A DNA stretch of 64,000 bases from Piromyces finnis finn (taxonomy: Eukaryota > Fungi > Neocallimastigomycota), in NCBI GenBank assembly GCA_002104945.1, contig MCFH01000004.1:1-64000 (forward strand), in the 5' to 3' direction. The notes beneath the pieces were generated by a model. The model saw nothing but the letters and a program-made list of their open reading frames with translations. It was not told the origin of the DNA and did not search any database. Positions 9,317 through 21,260 of the stretch are shown piece after piece (position 1 is the first letter of the stretch; each line of letters begins with the position of its first letter). The translations under genes and the position numbers were made by a program.

Positions 9317-12155
9317 TTAGTTTATATTTTTCTTTTTATAGGTGTATTGTGCCGGCTTATCTTCGCAGCATTCTATTTCTCTAGAATAGTGAATTTTAAG
9401 TTTATCACCACATATCTCCATGACGATATATGAGTGATGTGTTTCGCTGAACCCAAGAAATATTCCTTCCTTTGAATTTGGCGCAAATTTTGACTTTTTA
9501 AGAGAATAGTCCTTAAAGTAGCATATGCATCCAAATACTTTTAGGTATTTTAGATCGGCTTCCTCGTTGGTAAATACTTCGTCAGGGATTAAATTATTGT
9601 TTCCTTGGTGTGGTATTTTGTTGTAAATATAACAAGAATATTTTACAGCAAAACTCCAAAAGTCTTCAGATAATTTAGCCCAATATAAAAGTGTTTTAGC
9701 AGAATTTTGAATAGTCTGATTTATTCTTTCTGCTTTACCATTTAATTCATGTACGTAAGGAGGTGAGTTTATCTTAGATATACCGTTTTCCTTACAATAT
9801 TTTATAACTTTACTACTGTTATATTCTTTTGCACCATCTGTTTTGAATGTTTTGACTTTATATTTGTCAAAAGTGTTATTGGCATTCTTTAGGAATTCAA
9901 TAATGATGTCAGGTGCTTCAGATCTTGACTTGAGAGTGTAAATCCAAAGTTTTCTTGAATATTCATCCAGCATAGTCATAAAATATTTCTTATTGTTTAC
10001 GGATGAATTAAACGGGCCTGAAATATCGGAGTGAATAGTCTCTAGAACTCTTCCAGCTTTAGATACGGTTTTGTTGTGGGGAGACTTCTTCATTTTTGAT
10101 ATTTTGCAGTCTAGACAAGGCGTTACTTTAATTTTATGTTGATTAAGATATTTTTTCAGATCCTTCTGGTAGAAATGGCCTAATCTCTTATGCCATATAT
10201 CTAAATCATCTTCAAAATTTGCAATAAATGGTTCATTTTTCTTTTTATTAGTGTTTATGAGTTTAATTTTGAATTGGTTTAATTCATTTGAGTATGTTTG
10301 CATTATATTTTTATTTTCAGAGTCCTTGAAAATAAGTCTGACTTTCCATCGTCAGTAATATCTATAATGCTTCTTAAACCAACTTTAGCAAGTCCTACAC
10401 CACTAATTAAATTCTTGCTAACTTTATCTGAATACAAAACTTTTTCTAACTTGTAAGTTTTGTCTTTTATCTTGAACTCATATGAACCATAACCGCTAAA
10501 TTCACAGGTAGTTCCATTTGCACATCTAAGTTGGATGTGTTCTTCTGTGAAGTTCTGCAGAATGTCCTTATTATTAATGATATGTTCAGCGGCACCAGTA
10601 TCATAGAACTATTCGTCGTATTTATTTTCTCCATACACATAATCTATATTCTTTGCATTAGGAGAGTCTTCTTTTGTAGTTTCATCTTTTTCAATGAGGT
10701 AAATACTTCTTTCCGTTAAAGGCCTGATATCTTCAGATTCTACGTTAATGCCGTAACTTTCGTTGTCGTCGTAGTTTTCGACGAAATCTACTTCTTGTTC
10801 GAATTTCTTTTGTTGTTTTTTCTTGTGAACTTGCCTCCCTTGTTGTGAATTTCTTTTATATTTGTTTTGGTTATAGGCCTTATTATTACTGTTTCTTCTT
10901 TGTTCTCTTTCCATTTTGGCCTTTTGATTATATTCACACATTTCGGTGGAATGACCATGTTCACAGCAGATATGACAGTAGGTGCGGTGGCTTCTATTTA
11001 TGTTTCTTCTGTTACCGTAACTTTTATTCTTTGTTGATTTATTTTCTCTACTAACAAAATCAACATCCATTGGATCATCAACTTCGTCATCTTCATCTTG
11101 GTCATTGTTGATCCAATCCTCGAAGTAGGATTTGGCATTGATGTAACTTTTGACCTTCTCGTATAGTTGATCAGAAGTTTCGTCTAAAGTTACATTCAAT
11201 TGGTTCTTGACACTTCGTGGAAGGGAATTGTACATATATTTCAATTTTTCCCTTTCACTTAAGGACATTCTTTGTTCAGACATCTCAAGGAAGATTTCCT
11301 TGACATTATCAATGGTTTTACTGACTTTGTTTACATCTTCAGTATGTAATTTTCTTAACTTTTTTAGCCAGTATTCGATGTCTGCATTAGCGTTACCGTA
11401 TTTTGTATTCAACTTCTTGAATACTTGGTAACAGCTAGTATTATGACCAATCTCTCTGAGAATCCTTCTCATCCACATTTTGAATGATCATAAGGTGTGC
11501 ATCAGCATTAAGACTTTCAGCTGCTGATACTATCTCGGCCTTATAAATTGGCGAGTTTGCCAATTTATTGGCGGCTACAACATTAATGTTATTAATGTTG
11601 CTGCTTGGGTTTGCGTCCTCCCCCATAGCTTTAGTGAAGGTTTTGTAAACGGACGCGAATAAGTTATTAGTACGGTAGTTAGCAATAATTTTTACAATAG
11701 CCATAGTGTAAACATCTTTAAGATTAAAGTCTATCTCAAAGCTGTCGTCTTTGATGGTTCCAACAATGTCATAATCAAGATAGCTAGTTAGACCCTGTCT
11801 AGAAGCAGCTGACTTGATTAAAAGACTCCAAGTGTTAAAGTTGGATTTTCCATGAAGACGTTGATTATTGGCTAAAATTAATTGCTGGGACATACTAAAA
11901 TTTTAAATACACAAAAATTTTTGCTTTAAATTTTTCTTAAGAAATTTTATTATTGATTAGAGTTTGAGACTCTTAATCTGTGAAATAAATTTAATTAAAA
12001 AATAATTTTTATTAATAAGGTTAACAAAGAGAAAAAGTTACATTGTAAATATTACATTTATATAATGAGATGTAAGGTCATGTGACTATAGGAAATAAAA
12101 TAAAATAAATAAAAATTAACTATCTCTACAACTCGTAGACATTACGTTTACAACA
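9317..12155 (-). mobile_element. Decayed, 3'-truncated Ty1/Copia element (5' LTR, PBS, gag, protease, integrase; no RT)
   Basis: 177-bp LTR TGTTG...TTTCACA (12155-11979). gag 11893->10609 has a frameshift near 11465 and a CCHC knuckle (CHICCEHGHSTEMC). Protease is *FYDTGAAEH, with an in-frame TAG at the expected Trp. A second frameshift lies near 10345. Integrase 10303-9317 has WHKRLGH...CLDC, HSDISG, KTDGAKEY and NGKAER. The ORF stops before RT and no second LTR was found. Confidence 0.88.
11958..11978 (-). promoter_or_regulatory. Copia PBS complementary to the D/anticodon arm of tRNA-Lys(CUU) (half-tRNA primer)
   Basis: Plus strand TAGAG-tt-TGAGACTCTTAATC abuts the LTR. It matches the canonical eukaryotic tRNA-Lys(CUU) segment TAGAG-CA-TGAGACTCTTAATC. 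Confidence 0.8.
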
Positions 12156-13913
12156 CTTTTAATACATGTTTATGTTTTTATAAATTAGTCACGTGTGTTT
12201 ATAAATATATGATATAGATAAATAAAATTATGTGTCCATAAATGTTCACAAATACTTAATAAGTATTATTATTAAATAATCTTATTATTATATATATTAT
12301 TTAAATAAAATAAAAGAAATTATTTTAACCATAATACATAATTTAATTATTCATTTATAAAACAATTAAGATTATTTTAATAAAACATTTTTTTCTAACC
12401 TAGTTATCTTTAATCTTTTATTTAATTTAATATTTTAATATTAAATTATAAGTTTAGTAAAACTTTTACATAACATGTTAAATCACGCAGATTCGGGTTA
12501 GGTTTGTATTAATTAACTAGGTCGGGAATGGTTATAAACTAATAATAATAGAAACTAATTTTCTTAATTATCCGGTTATTGGATTAAATTATATGCAACG
12601 GATTTATTAACTAAAATAACACTTTAATTTCAAATTTCATTAAATTAAAATTAAGTTTAAGTCAACTTTTATTTATAAAATTAGTTACAAGGAAAATCTA
12701 ATTTATTAATCTTTACTATTATTAATTTATCTAATTAAAATTAATAATCTTACTACTGATCAACATTTAACTAAACTACTCTATTTATACTAATTTCACA
12801 AAGTTACAATTTTTACATAATTAATTCATATGGCTCTTTTATTAATATTAATTAATTTTTGTAACTATGATTTTTATAAACTGTCACTAGTAATAATAAT
12901 TATTAATATAATATATTATTATTTTAAGTCATGAGTTTAAATAACTTCTCACAACTTTTATCATCTGATTACTAATTTAGTAATTAATAATTAAATTTAT
13001 TATTAATAGTAATACTTAAACCAATACCTAAAAGTTTAAAAAAATTTTTATTAATTTTATGTGTGAAATTTTTAATATTTAATTTATACTGAATTCTCTT
13101 TAATTGGTCATAAGTATCTCAACTTTTCGGAATATTGATGATTTAAATGTAACAAAAGATAGCTTAGGCCTTTAGCTTTCTAATGTTCATAATATCATCA
13201 AAGTAATTTGATTTTTCCAGTAATTTTCTTGGGTTTCGTAATTCAAACTTCATTTAAGGATTAGGTGTTTCACATCTGGGATTATCTAAATCCACTTAGA
13301 TTCGTGACATAACAGAAGAAGTAGTTAAAAAGTTTTAATATAACTACCAATCCGTTATCATAAATGATACGTATTATTTAAGAATACCATAAATTTAATT
13401 ATTTATTTTATTTCCAGGAATTGAACAAAAAGGAATTATACAAAATAATATATTCTAATAAAAGAATGAAAAAGGATTATTTGTATATTTATTTATATTA
13501 TAACTAATAATTATATTTTAGTGGTATTAATTATTTTGTTTTATTATATTTTATTACTTTTAACAGTTTATACACCAAGTATTTGAATAAAAAAAAAAGA
13601 AATAAATATAAAAAAAAATCTTATTTATAACTTTCTCTTTTATTTTATTAATAAAAATAATTTTAAATACATATATATTTAATATAACAATATTTAAGTT
13701 AAAATAACTATAAAAATTCTCAATAATTAATTATATTTTATAAAAGAACTTTCTCTTTTAAGTAAAAGTTATTCTTTGTTACTTTTATATGAAATTTTTA
13801 TGATATTTTATTGGTTAGTTAATAACTGATTAAGCTATTAACTAATTCCTAACCCTTAATTCAACTATATAAGTTTAATATTTTTAACTATATAATTTTA
13901 TCATGTATCATAA

Positions 13914-14390
13914 TGTAAGAAATTAGATTTATTTTATAATAAATAATCTATATTTCTTATTAAAATTAATTTATTATATTTTTTATTTAACCTTTAATAT
14001 TTTATTAAATTTTATTAAATTTTATTAAATTTTATTATAATACATAATGTATTTTAAATGTAATGTAAATTATTGTATTTAGAAAAAATCGATTATTAGA
14101 ATTTTCCCGAATCCATTCGGTTTTATCTAATAATACGATGATTGATAAGAATAGATTATCAATCGAAACTTTTCTAGTTTTTTCTTCTAATCTTTTTCTA
14201 GAAAAAAAATTTATTAAGATTAGAACTTTCTTTTATTCTTTAAATTCTTATATAAAAAGACCTCTTGAGTTTCATTTGAAAATCAAGAGTTATTATTATA
14301 AGAAATTATAATAAATAACATAAATAAATAGATACACTTTTAATATTAATAAAACATTCTTATAATAAAAAATATTTTAAACCCTAACAC
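13914..14390 (+). mobile_element. Diverged LTR relic related to family B, opposite orientation; boundaries approximate
   Basis: 14100-14310 aligns by eye to the reverse complement of the family B LTR (e.g. CTCTTGAG...TTTGA-AAATCAAGAGTTATTATTATAAGA). No TSD was confirmed. Confidence 0.6.
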
Positions 14391-14439
14391 GAACGTTATT
14401 TATTGTAGGCTCTTATAATAAACTCGATAAGTGTAAAAG

Positions 14440-15225
14440 TATAAAATTTAAAACAGATTTCATACTTAAAACAAAACAATTTTTATTAACACAAAAATAA
14501 AAAAATAAAACATTAAATTTTTATTTTAAGAAAACATTTTATTTAAACTCTTAAAAATATTATTAGCTATATAATAGTTAATAATTAAAAAATTGAAAAT
14601 AACAATTACATCGATTTAACAAATAAAAATTACATGTATTTATATTTTTTCATAATTATATTCTAATATATTATTCTATTTAAATAAACATATATTTAAT
14701 ATAAAATAAACAAAACTAATTTAATTAAATAATAAAATAACAGAACTAAACTAAACTAATTCATTATACTTTTAATTCAATTTGAGTAAACTCAAAATTG
14801 AATAAAGCCCATGTATTTTCTATAAATTAATTTAATATTATCAATACTATTCTTAATATATTTCCTATTGAAATATAAATAAATCTATTTTTAAAACTAA
14901 GTTAAAATTATTAAACTATTCTAAATTTAAATAAAAAAGTATAATCTATTCTAAAATTAAATAAAAAGTATTTAAAAAATATTTTAATTATTTTAAATAT
15001 TTGAAATATTTAAATTTAATTAAAATTCTTTTATTCCTTAAACTTAAATATTTATCTTAATTTAAATTTAACGGAATTATTATAAAATAATTTATTATTA
15101 AATTATTCCATAAAATTTACTCAAAAATTTTATAATCAGTTTTACTAAATATTAATTTATTATTTAATAATTAATAATTAATTATTAAATAATCTAAAGA
15201 TATATCTTATATCTTTACAATACTG
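14440..15225 (-). repeat. Unclassified AT-rich dispersed repeat, copy 1
   Basis: Reverse complement aligns with 26445-27145 over several blocks (TTGTAAAGATATAA.ATATATCTTTA; TTTTATGGAATAATT; AGTTTACTCAAATTGAAT; AAATATAAATACATGTAA). Confidence 0.65.
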
Positions 15226-15354
15226 ATATAGTTGGACCCATAAACGCGTCATCTATATATGGTAACCATTATTTTATTACCTTTTTAGGTAATTATTCAA
15301 AAAAGGTAATAAAATAATTATCTAAAAATGTAATTTTTATAAAAAAAAAGTGAC

Positions 15355-15934
15355 GTGTTTAAAACATTGTATAATAAAGTTTCCAATGTGTTCAAAAGAA
15401 GTATCACATATTTAAGAAGTGATAATGGTACAGAATGTAAATCATTAAATTTTAAAAAATTTTGTGATGTTCATAGTATCATACAACAATTTACTGTACC
15501 ATATAATCCACAACAAAATGAACGCGCTGAAAGATTTAATGGAGTTTTAATTCATGCAGCTACCACTATATTACAAGATGCCAAATTATGTAGAAGGTTC
15601 TGGGAAGATGCTGTTAGGACTGCTAATTATATTCATAATAGGCTACCTTATAATGGTAATGATTTAAAAGTACTTTATGAAACGTTATATAAAAACTCAG
15701 TGGACTACAGAAGATTTCGTGATTTTTGGCTGTAACATCTTAAACGAAACACAGAAAAACACAAATTTGGAAGTACGTCTCTACCTGGTATCTTTATTGG
15801 CTATTTTAACAACTCTACTGGATTTAGAATTTTCGACTTATTCATTTAAAATTGACATCAAAAGAGTTGTAGAATTTCCCGGAGACCAACCAGGAATTTT
15901 AACCTATATGATAATGTCAAAAATGTCAATTTAA
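15355..15934 (+). pseudogene. Ty1/Copia integrase (rve) fragment, frameshifted
   Basis: LRSDNGTE...TVPYNPQQNERAERFNG...FWEDAVRTANYIHNRLP, continuing in another frame (VIFGC). No gag, RT or LTR was found. Confidence 0.85.
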
Positions 15935-16182
15935 TCGATTATGATTCATTAATTAATGAAATGAGAAGGACGATAACGAAAGTCTTCAACAGGACATAGA
16001 AATTGACATATCATCAAACATTAATAACAATAACATTTCAAATAATTTAAATAAAATAAATAATTAGGCCACTAATTATTATATTGACATTAGCAATAAT
16101 AATAATAACAAAGAAAATATTATTTATAAAAATAATACTTTAAATAAAAATGATATTATAATACGGATTTATTAATATCATT

Positions 16183-16264
16183 CGTCAGCTGCAGGGTTTG
16201 AACCTGCGCGGGCAAAGCCCATCAGATTTCAAGTCTGACTCCTTAACCACTCGGACAAACTGAC
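16183..16264 (-). tRNA. tRNA-Ser(TGA): tRNA-Ser (anticodon TGA), intronless, 82 nt
   Basis: GTCAGTTTGTCCGAGTGGTTAAGGAGTCAGACTTGAAATCTGATGGGCTTTGCCCGCGCAGGTTCAAACCCTGCAGCTGACG. Acceptor, D, anticodon (TCAGA/TCTGA), long variable arm and T arm all pair, and the discriminator is G. Confidence 0.96.
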
Positions 16265-17061
16265 ATAGTCTTGACATGTTTTTGTAATAATTATATTATA
16301 TTTATTATATAATAATAATTATTAGCTTTAAATTAATAATATAAACTATTATTAAAATGTGAAAATAAAGGTAAAATTAGAAACTTAACTTAATGAGTTT
16401 ATTATAAGAAATTATAATAAACGAAACCAAATGTATCAGAATTATTTTGTGTATTTAATAGTTTTTTTTTAATATTTATTTTATTACTTATTATTTTGTA
16501 TAAAGTTATTTATTATAATTAATCTTATAATAATAACTCTTGATTTCTCAAATCGAACTCAAGAGTACTATTTATATGTTTTATTCTATTAAATTAAAAT
16601 TTCTAAGAACATTCTAATCTTAACAAGAATCTTTTTAGGAAAAGACTAGAAGAAAAACCTAAAAAGTTATTTGATTGATATTCTAATCATACCAATCATC
16701 GTAATATTAAGTAAAACCGTTGATAACGGGTAAAACCTTAATATCCGATTTCCTATTACATACTAATATATAGTTGTATAATATTATTAATGTAATTAGT
16801 ATGTGTTTTATCTTTTATAATACAAGTATATATATAAATGAATGTATAAATACATAATTAAATAAATTAATTAATCTAATATAGCGAATGAATAATTATT
16901 AACTAAATAAATATTTACAATATTTAACTTAACAAATAACTATAATAATAAATAAATATATTAATATAATCTAATGGATTAATGATTATTAACTAAATAA
17001 ATTATTTGTAATGTTTAATACTAAGAATAAATAATAAGTATTTATTCTTACATTGCTCCTT

Positions 17062-20000
17062 TTATAAAGAATCTATTAGCTCGTTATTCCTTTTAATATA
17101 AGGTTCTAGCTGGGAGATATGAAATACCGGATGAATTCGCATAGATTCTGGTAATTCCAAACGGTAGTTCATTCTATCCCTTTTTTCAATAATTTTGAAA
17201 GGTCCTAAATATTGAGAAGATAGTTTTTTTGAAGGCTCATTTGTAAAATAGTGTCTTTTAAGCCATACCATATCATTCACATTCAATATAGGACCAGATG
17301 ATTTTTTAGAATCTGAATATTTTTTGAAATCATCTTTTGCTTTCGCTAGTTGTGACTTTAGTGCATTGAAATGAGATGACCAGTCTCTCAATAAATTAGA
17401 TGCATTGTCTTTTAAAAGAATTGGAGGTGAGCTAATATCGCAACTAGGATTGAATCCGTAGTTAGCAAAAAAAGGAGACTTACCTGTGGATTTGTGTAGG
17501 GAGTTGTTGTAAGCAAATTCACAAAGGGGTAGATAATAACACCATTCACTTTGACTTGTTGAACAGTAGCATCTTAAATATTGCTCTACTACAGCATTTG
17601 CTCTTTCTATTTGGCCATTGGATTGTTGATGAAATGCGGTAGCAATATTTGGTTTAATATTAAGAGTAGAACAGAGTGAAGTCCAGAATTCTGAGGAGAA
17701 CTGAGAACCGTGATCGGAAATAACGATCTTTGGGAAACCATGATAACGGAACACATTGAATAATAAGAGTTTAGCTGTTAAGTCAGCAGAAGGAACATCA
17801 GCACAGGGCACTAGATGGATCATTTTAGTTAAGTGATCTCCGACAACCATGATACAAGTACAATTTTGCGATGTGGGTAAAGATACTATAAAATCGACTC
17901 CAATTATTTCCCAAGGTCTATTTGGGATTGGGAGAGGCTGTACTTTTCCATATGGCTTATGCCTGCGAGTTTTACATTTCCCACATATAATACATGAAGA
18001 AACGTAATTTTGGATATCCCTCTTCATATTCGGCCACCAGTAGTAACGTTTAATTCGATCTAAGGTTTTATCAATACCACTATGGCCACTTAGAGGGTTG
18101 TCATGAAATTTTCTAAGAATTCCTGCCCTGAGGGGAGATGGTAAAATAATCCGATTTTGGAAATGCAATACGCCATCAATAAGACTAAATAAAGAACTTT
18201 TTATATTGTTTGACTTATCTTTAATTTTTTCCAAAGTCTCTTTGCAGAATTTATCGTCCTTTTGGGCTTCAATAAGGCCACTAATACTGTCACGGATTGT
18301 GCAGCAAAAGGCTTCTTCTTTAAGCAAAGGACTATTTGTACCAGTCTTATTTCTTTTGTAATCTGGACGTCTTGAAAGTGCATCTGGTTTACCCCCTCTA
18401 GCTCCTGGCCTAAAAGATATTCTATAGTCAAATTTAGATAGAAACATACTCCAGCGTATCTGTCTCTGGTTAAGATGTTGAGGTTTTTTAAAATACAATA
18501 AATTTCGGTGATCCGTAATAATTTGCACAGGATATTTGGCACCCTCAAGATGATGCCTCCAGATGTCGAATGCCGTGATTATTGCGAGTAGCTCTTTGTC
18601 GTATATAGTATAATTAAATTCAGCGTTACTTAAAGATCTTGAATAAAAAGCGACTGGATGTAATAGATTATCGGCTTCAGATATTTGGGAAATAATACAT
18701 CCTAAAGCAAAGTCGCTTGCGTCTGTTTCTACTACAAATTCCTTTTCAGGGTCAGGGAAAATAAGAAGTTCATTTTCTAAAAAGGAATTCTTTAGCTTAT
18801 TAAATGCTTCATTAATAGAACCATCCCATTTGAATTCAGAATTCTTCTTAAGGAGTTTGCGGAGCGGTTCCATTATTCCAGCGAAGTTTTTTATAAACTT
18901 TCTATAGAAATTGCACAATCCTAAAAAACTTTGAAGTTCTTTAAGATTTTTCGGGACAGGCCACTCAATTATTGATTTCACTTTGTTTTTGTCCATTGTT
19001 AGGCCATTCGTAGAAACAGTAAAACCGAGGAAAGTAGTTTCTTTCACGTGAAACTCGCATTTCTCTAACTTTGCGTAAAGGCTGTTTTTTGCTAATGTAT
19101 TTAAGATCTGTTTTACGTGTTTGATATGGTCAGATTCGTTTCGGGAGTATATAATAATGTCGTCTAGATATACTTGGGCAAAGACACCAATAGCATCAGA
19201 TAGAATGTCCTGAATAAATCTTTGGAATACTGAAGGAGCATTCCGGAGTCCGAAAGGCATTACTAAATATTCAAAATGGCCAATTGGCGTTCTAAAAGCT
19301 GTTAAATATTCATGACCTTCTTTGACCCTAACCAGATTATATGCAGATCTGAGATCTAAGCGAGAAAATAATTTAGCCCCTCTAAACGACTCTATTAAGT
19401 CATTTATTTTAGGAATCGGATAACTATTTCTTATAGTTATCGCATTCAACCGCCTGTAGTCGACACAAAGCCTAAGAGAACCGTCGTGTTTTTTGACAAA
19501 GAGCACGGGAGCACCTGCCGGAGATCTCGATTTTCTTATAAATCCTTTGGAGAGGTTTTCATCAATATATGCTTTCAGGGCTTCCATTTCTTTAACCGTG
19601 AGAGAGTAAATTGGTCCATAATACAACTGACCACCTGGAATGATGTCAATTGAGATATCATAATCACGATGCGGAGGTAATTTATCCGCATTTTTCTTCA
19701 CAAAAACATTCATTTGATCATAATAATGTTTTTTGATAATATCTTCATTATCTTTCTGATTGATACTTACCTCTGGTAGATTCTCATCCATCATCGCAGC
19801 ACATATATCTGATTCATACAGTTCATCCGTGGAAATGGAGTCTGGTATTATCGAGTCATTTTCTGCTTTGTCTAACATAGATGCTGTGATTTCTTTAGAA
19901 TGAAAGACAAATTTGTTACCACGAGCAGAATTGCAATGATTCCCACAATATCTTTCGAGAAAGTATATTTTGTTTGTTTTATAATTAAGGAATGGGTTAT

Positions 20001-21096
20001 GTATTGTGAGCCAATCACGACCCAAAATACCAGAAATGCCATGGAGCTGTAAATTTCCAATACAGAATTCGTAAGTTTCAATGTGGTCCATGATTTTGAG
20101 TTTTAATGGTTTTGTTGATTGCTTTATTGTCATACTTTTACTGTTAGGAAGTTGTATATTGACAGGGGATGTCAATCCAAGAGTTGGTATTTTGTTTGCA
20201 TTTACAAATGTTTTGCAAATGAAACTTCTTGCAGAGCCCGAGTCTATGAGAAAGTTGATCCTAATATTTCTTCCATTCAATATCAAACAGCATGTAGTGG
20301 TAATTGTTTTACCTTTATCTGGAGTATAATTCGCAGTAAGTATATTGTTTCTTTGTTTATCTTTCGAGAATTTTGGATGTTTGGCTTTTCTTTCACTTCT
20401 GCTAAAGTAATTTTTCCTTTTACCATTGCTTTTGTTAAATGGATTGGTTTCATTTCTTATATAACTTTCCAGGTAGCATTTTCTATCAATATTAATTATC
20501 GCATTTGTGGCATCAAAAAGAGACTTAGGTCTATCCAATTTATCAAATTCTTCCCTCACTTTGTTAATTAGTCCCTTACCAATGATATCGATAAAAACCT
20601 CGTCAGGCCATCCAATCCTTCCAGCTAATCTTCTAAACTCGATAGTGTATTCCGTAACTTTACCTAATTGGGTTTGTTTAAGTTCCCAAAGATTGTTCAT
20701 AAGGACATACTTTTGTTTTTGTATATCCCCGGTCTCAAAGTTATTTAATAGTAGAGTCTTAAAATTTTCAAAACTAAGAGTTTTTAGAGTTCCGTCTACT
20801 AGAAGAGAAAGACCCCACTTTCTGGCTAATCCATCAAGTTTTCCAATGATGAAAGAATTCTTAGATTCGTCACTTGAGAAAGATTTTGGATGATCTTTAA
20901 AGAAATCTTCACTTTGAATAATAATCTCCATTATGTTATCTTTGGAACCTGCTTCTTTTTCCTTTGAAAGAACGCCATTAGGAGAAAAGAAGGTAGGTAT
21001 AAACTCGGTCATCGCTTCTACAAGCCTTGAAGCGGTAGGGTTACTTTCATTATCTTGAATATTATCAAGGTTTTCTTTTGGCACAATTTCCGACAT
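17062..21096 (-). CDS. gag-pol: Gag-Pol polyprotein of element B (1344 aa)
   Basis: Uninterrupted ORF: capsid-like region, LIDSGS (PR), YLDD (RT), ETDAS...TDHRNL (RH), HDNPLSGH...CIIC, VDF / SDHGSQF / GQIER (IN) and LGPF...HPVFHISQLEPY. It ends right after the GPY/F module. Confidence 0.96.
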   Translation of the reverse strand: MSEIVPKENLDNIQDNESNPTASRLVEAMTEFIPTFFSPNGVLSKEKEAGSKDNIMEIIIQSEDFFKDHPKSFSSDESKNSFIIGKLDGLARKWGLSLLVDGTLKTLSFENFKTLLLNNFETGDIQKQKYVLMNNLWELKQTQLGKVTEYTIEFRRLAGRIGWPDEVFIDIIGKGLINKVREEFDKLDRPKSLFDATNAIINIDRKCYLESYIRNETNPFNKSNGKRKNYFSRSERKAKHPKFSKDKQRNNILTANYTPDKGKTITTTCCLILNGRNIRINFLIDSGSARSFICKTFVNANKIPTLGLTSPVNIQLPNSKSMTIKQSTKPLKLKIMDHIETYEFCIGNLQLHGISGILGRDWLTIHNPFLNYKTNKIYFLERYCGNHCNSARGNKFVFHSKEITASMLDKAENDSIIPDSISTDELYESDICAAMMDENLPEVSINQKDNEDIIKKHYYDQMNVFVKKNADKLPPHRDYDISIDIIPGGQLYYGPIYSLTVKEMEALKAYIDENLSKGFIRKSRSPAGAPVLFVKKHDGSLRLCVDYRRLNAITIRNSYPIPKINDLIESFRGAKLFSRLDLRSAYNLVRVKEGHEYLTAFRTPIGHFEYLVMPFGLRNAPSVFQRFIQDILSDAIGVFAQVYLDDIIIYSRNESDHIKHVKQILNTLAKNSLYAKLEKCEFHVKETTFLGFTVSTNGLTMDKNKVKSIIEWPVPKNLKELQSFLGLCNFYRKFIKNFAGIMEPLRKLLKKNSEFKWDGSINEAFNKLKNSFLENELLIFPDPEKEFVVETDASDFALGCIISQISEADNLLHPVAFYSRSLSNAEFNYTIYDKELLAIITAFDIWRHHLEGAKYPVQIITDHRNLLYFKKPQHLNQRQIRWSMFLSKFDYRISFRPGARGGKPDALSRRPDYKRNKTGTNSPLLKEEAFCCTIRDSISGLIEAQKDDKFCKETLEKIKDKSNNIKSSLFSLIDGVLHFQNRIILPSPLRAGILRKFHDNPLSGHSGIDKTLDRIKRYYWWPNMKRDIQNYVSSCIICGKCKTRRHKPYGKVQPLPIPNRPWEIIGVDFIVSLPTSQNCTCIMVVGDHLTKMIHLVPCADVPSADLTAKLLLFNVFRYHGFPKIVISDHGSQFSSEFWTSLCSTLNIKPNIATAFHQQSNGQIERANAVVEQYLRCYCSTSQSEWCYYLPLCEFAYNNSLHKSTGKSPFFANYGFNPSCDISSPPILLKDNASNLLRDWSSHFNALKSQLAKAKDDFKKYSDSKKSSGPILNVNDMVWLKRHYFTNEPSKKLSSQYLGPFKIIEKRDRMNYRLELPESMRIHPVFHISQLEPYIKRNNELIDSL

Positions 21097-21248
21097 TTTA
21101 AAGGTAGTTGATTATTATTTATCAAAAAAAAAAGAAAAAAGAGAGAGAAAAAAAAAAAATTTAAAAAATTTAACAAAATATAATAATTTATAATATTATA
21201 TATGTATATTGATTGGTGAAAAAAAAAAATTTTTTTTGTGTAACAAAG

Positions 21249-21260
21249 AAGAGTTATTAT
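21249..21260 (-). promoter_or_regulatory. Self-priming PBS of element B
   Basis: Minus-strand ATAATAACTCTT directly after the 5' LTR is the exact 12-nt complement of AAGAGTTATTAT at 21519-21508 in the LTR. TATAAAT lies at 21554-21548 upstream. Confidence 0.85.

Noticed and set aside
10609-10615. In-frame TAG between copia gag and protease as programmed readthrough (as in Tca2)
   Set aside because: The TAG falls at the expected Trp of the protease W-x-x-D-T-G motif and the element has other frameshifts, so a nonsense mutation is more parsimonious.
12476-13154. Possible additional solo LTR (TGTTAAATC...GTAACA)
   Set aside because: It has TG/CA-like ends and a GC-richer head, but no matching TSD and no second copy in the window.
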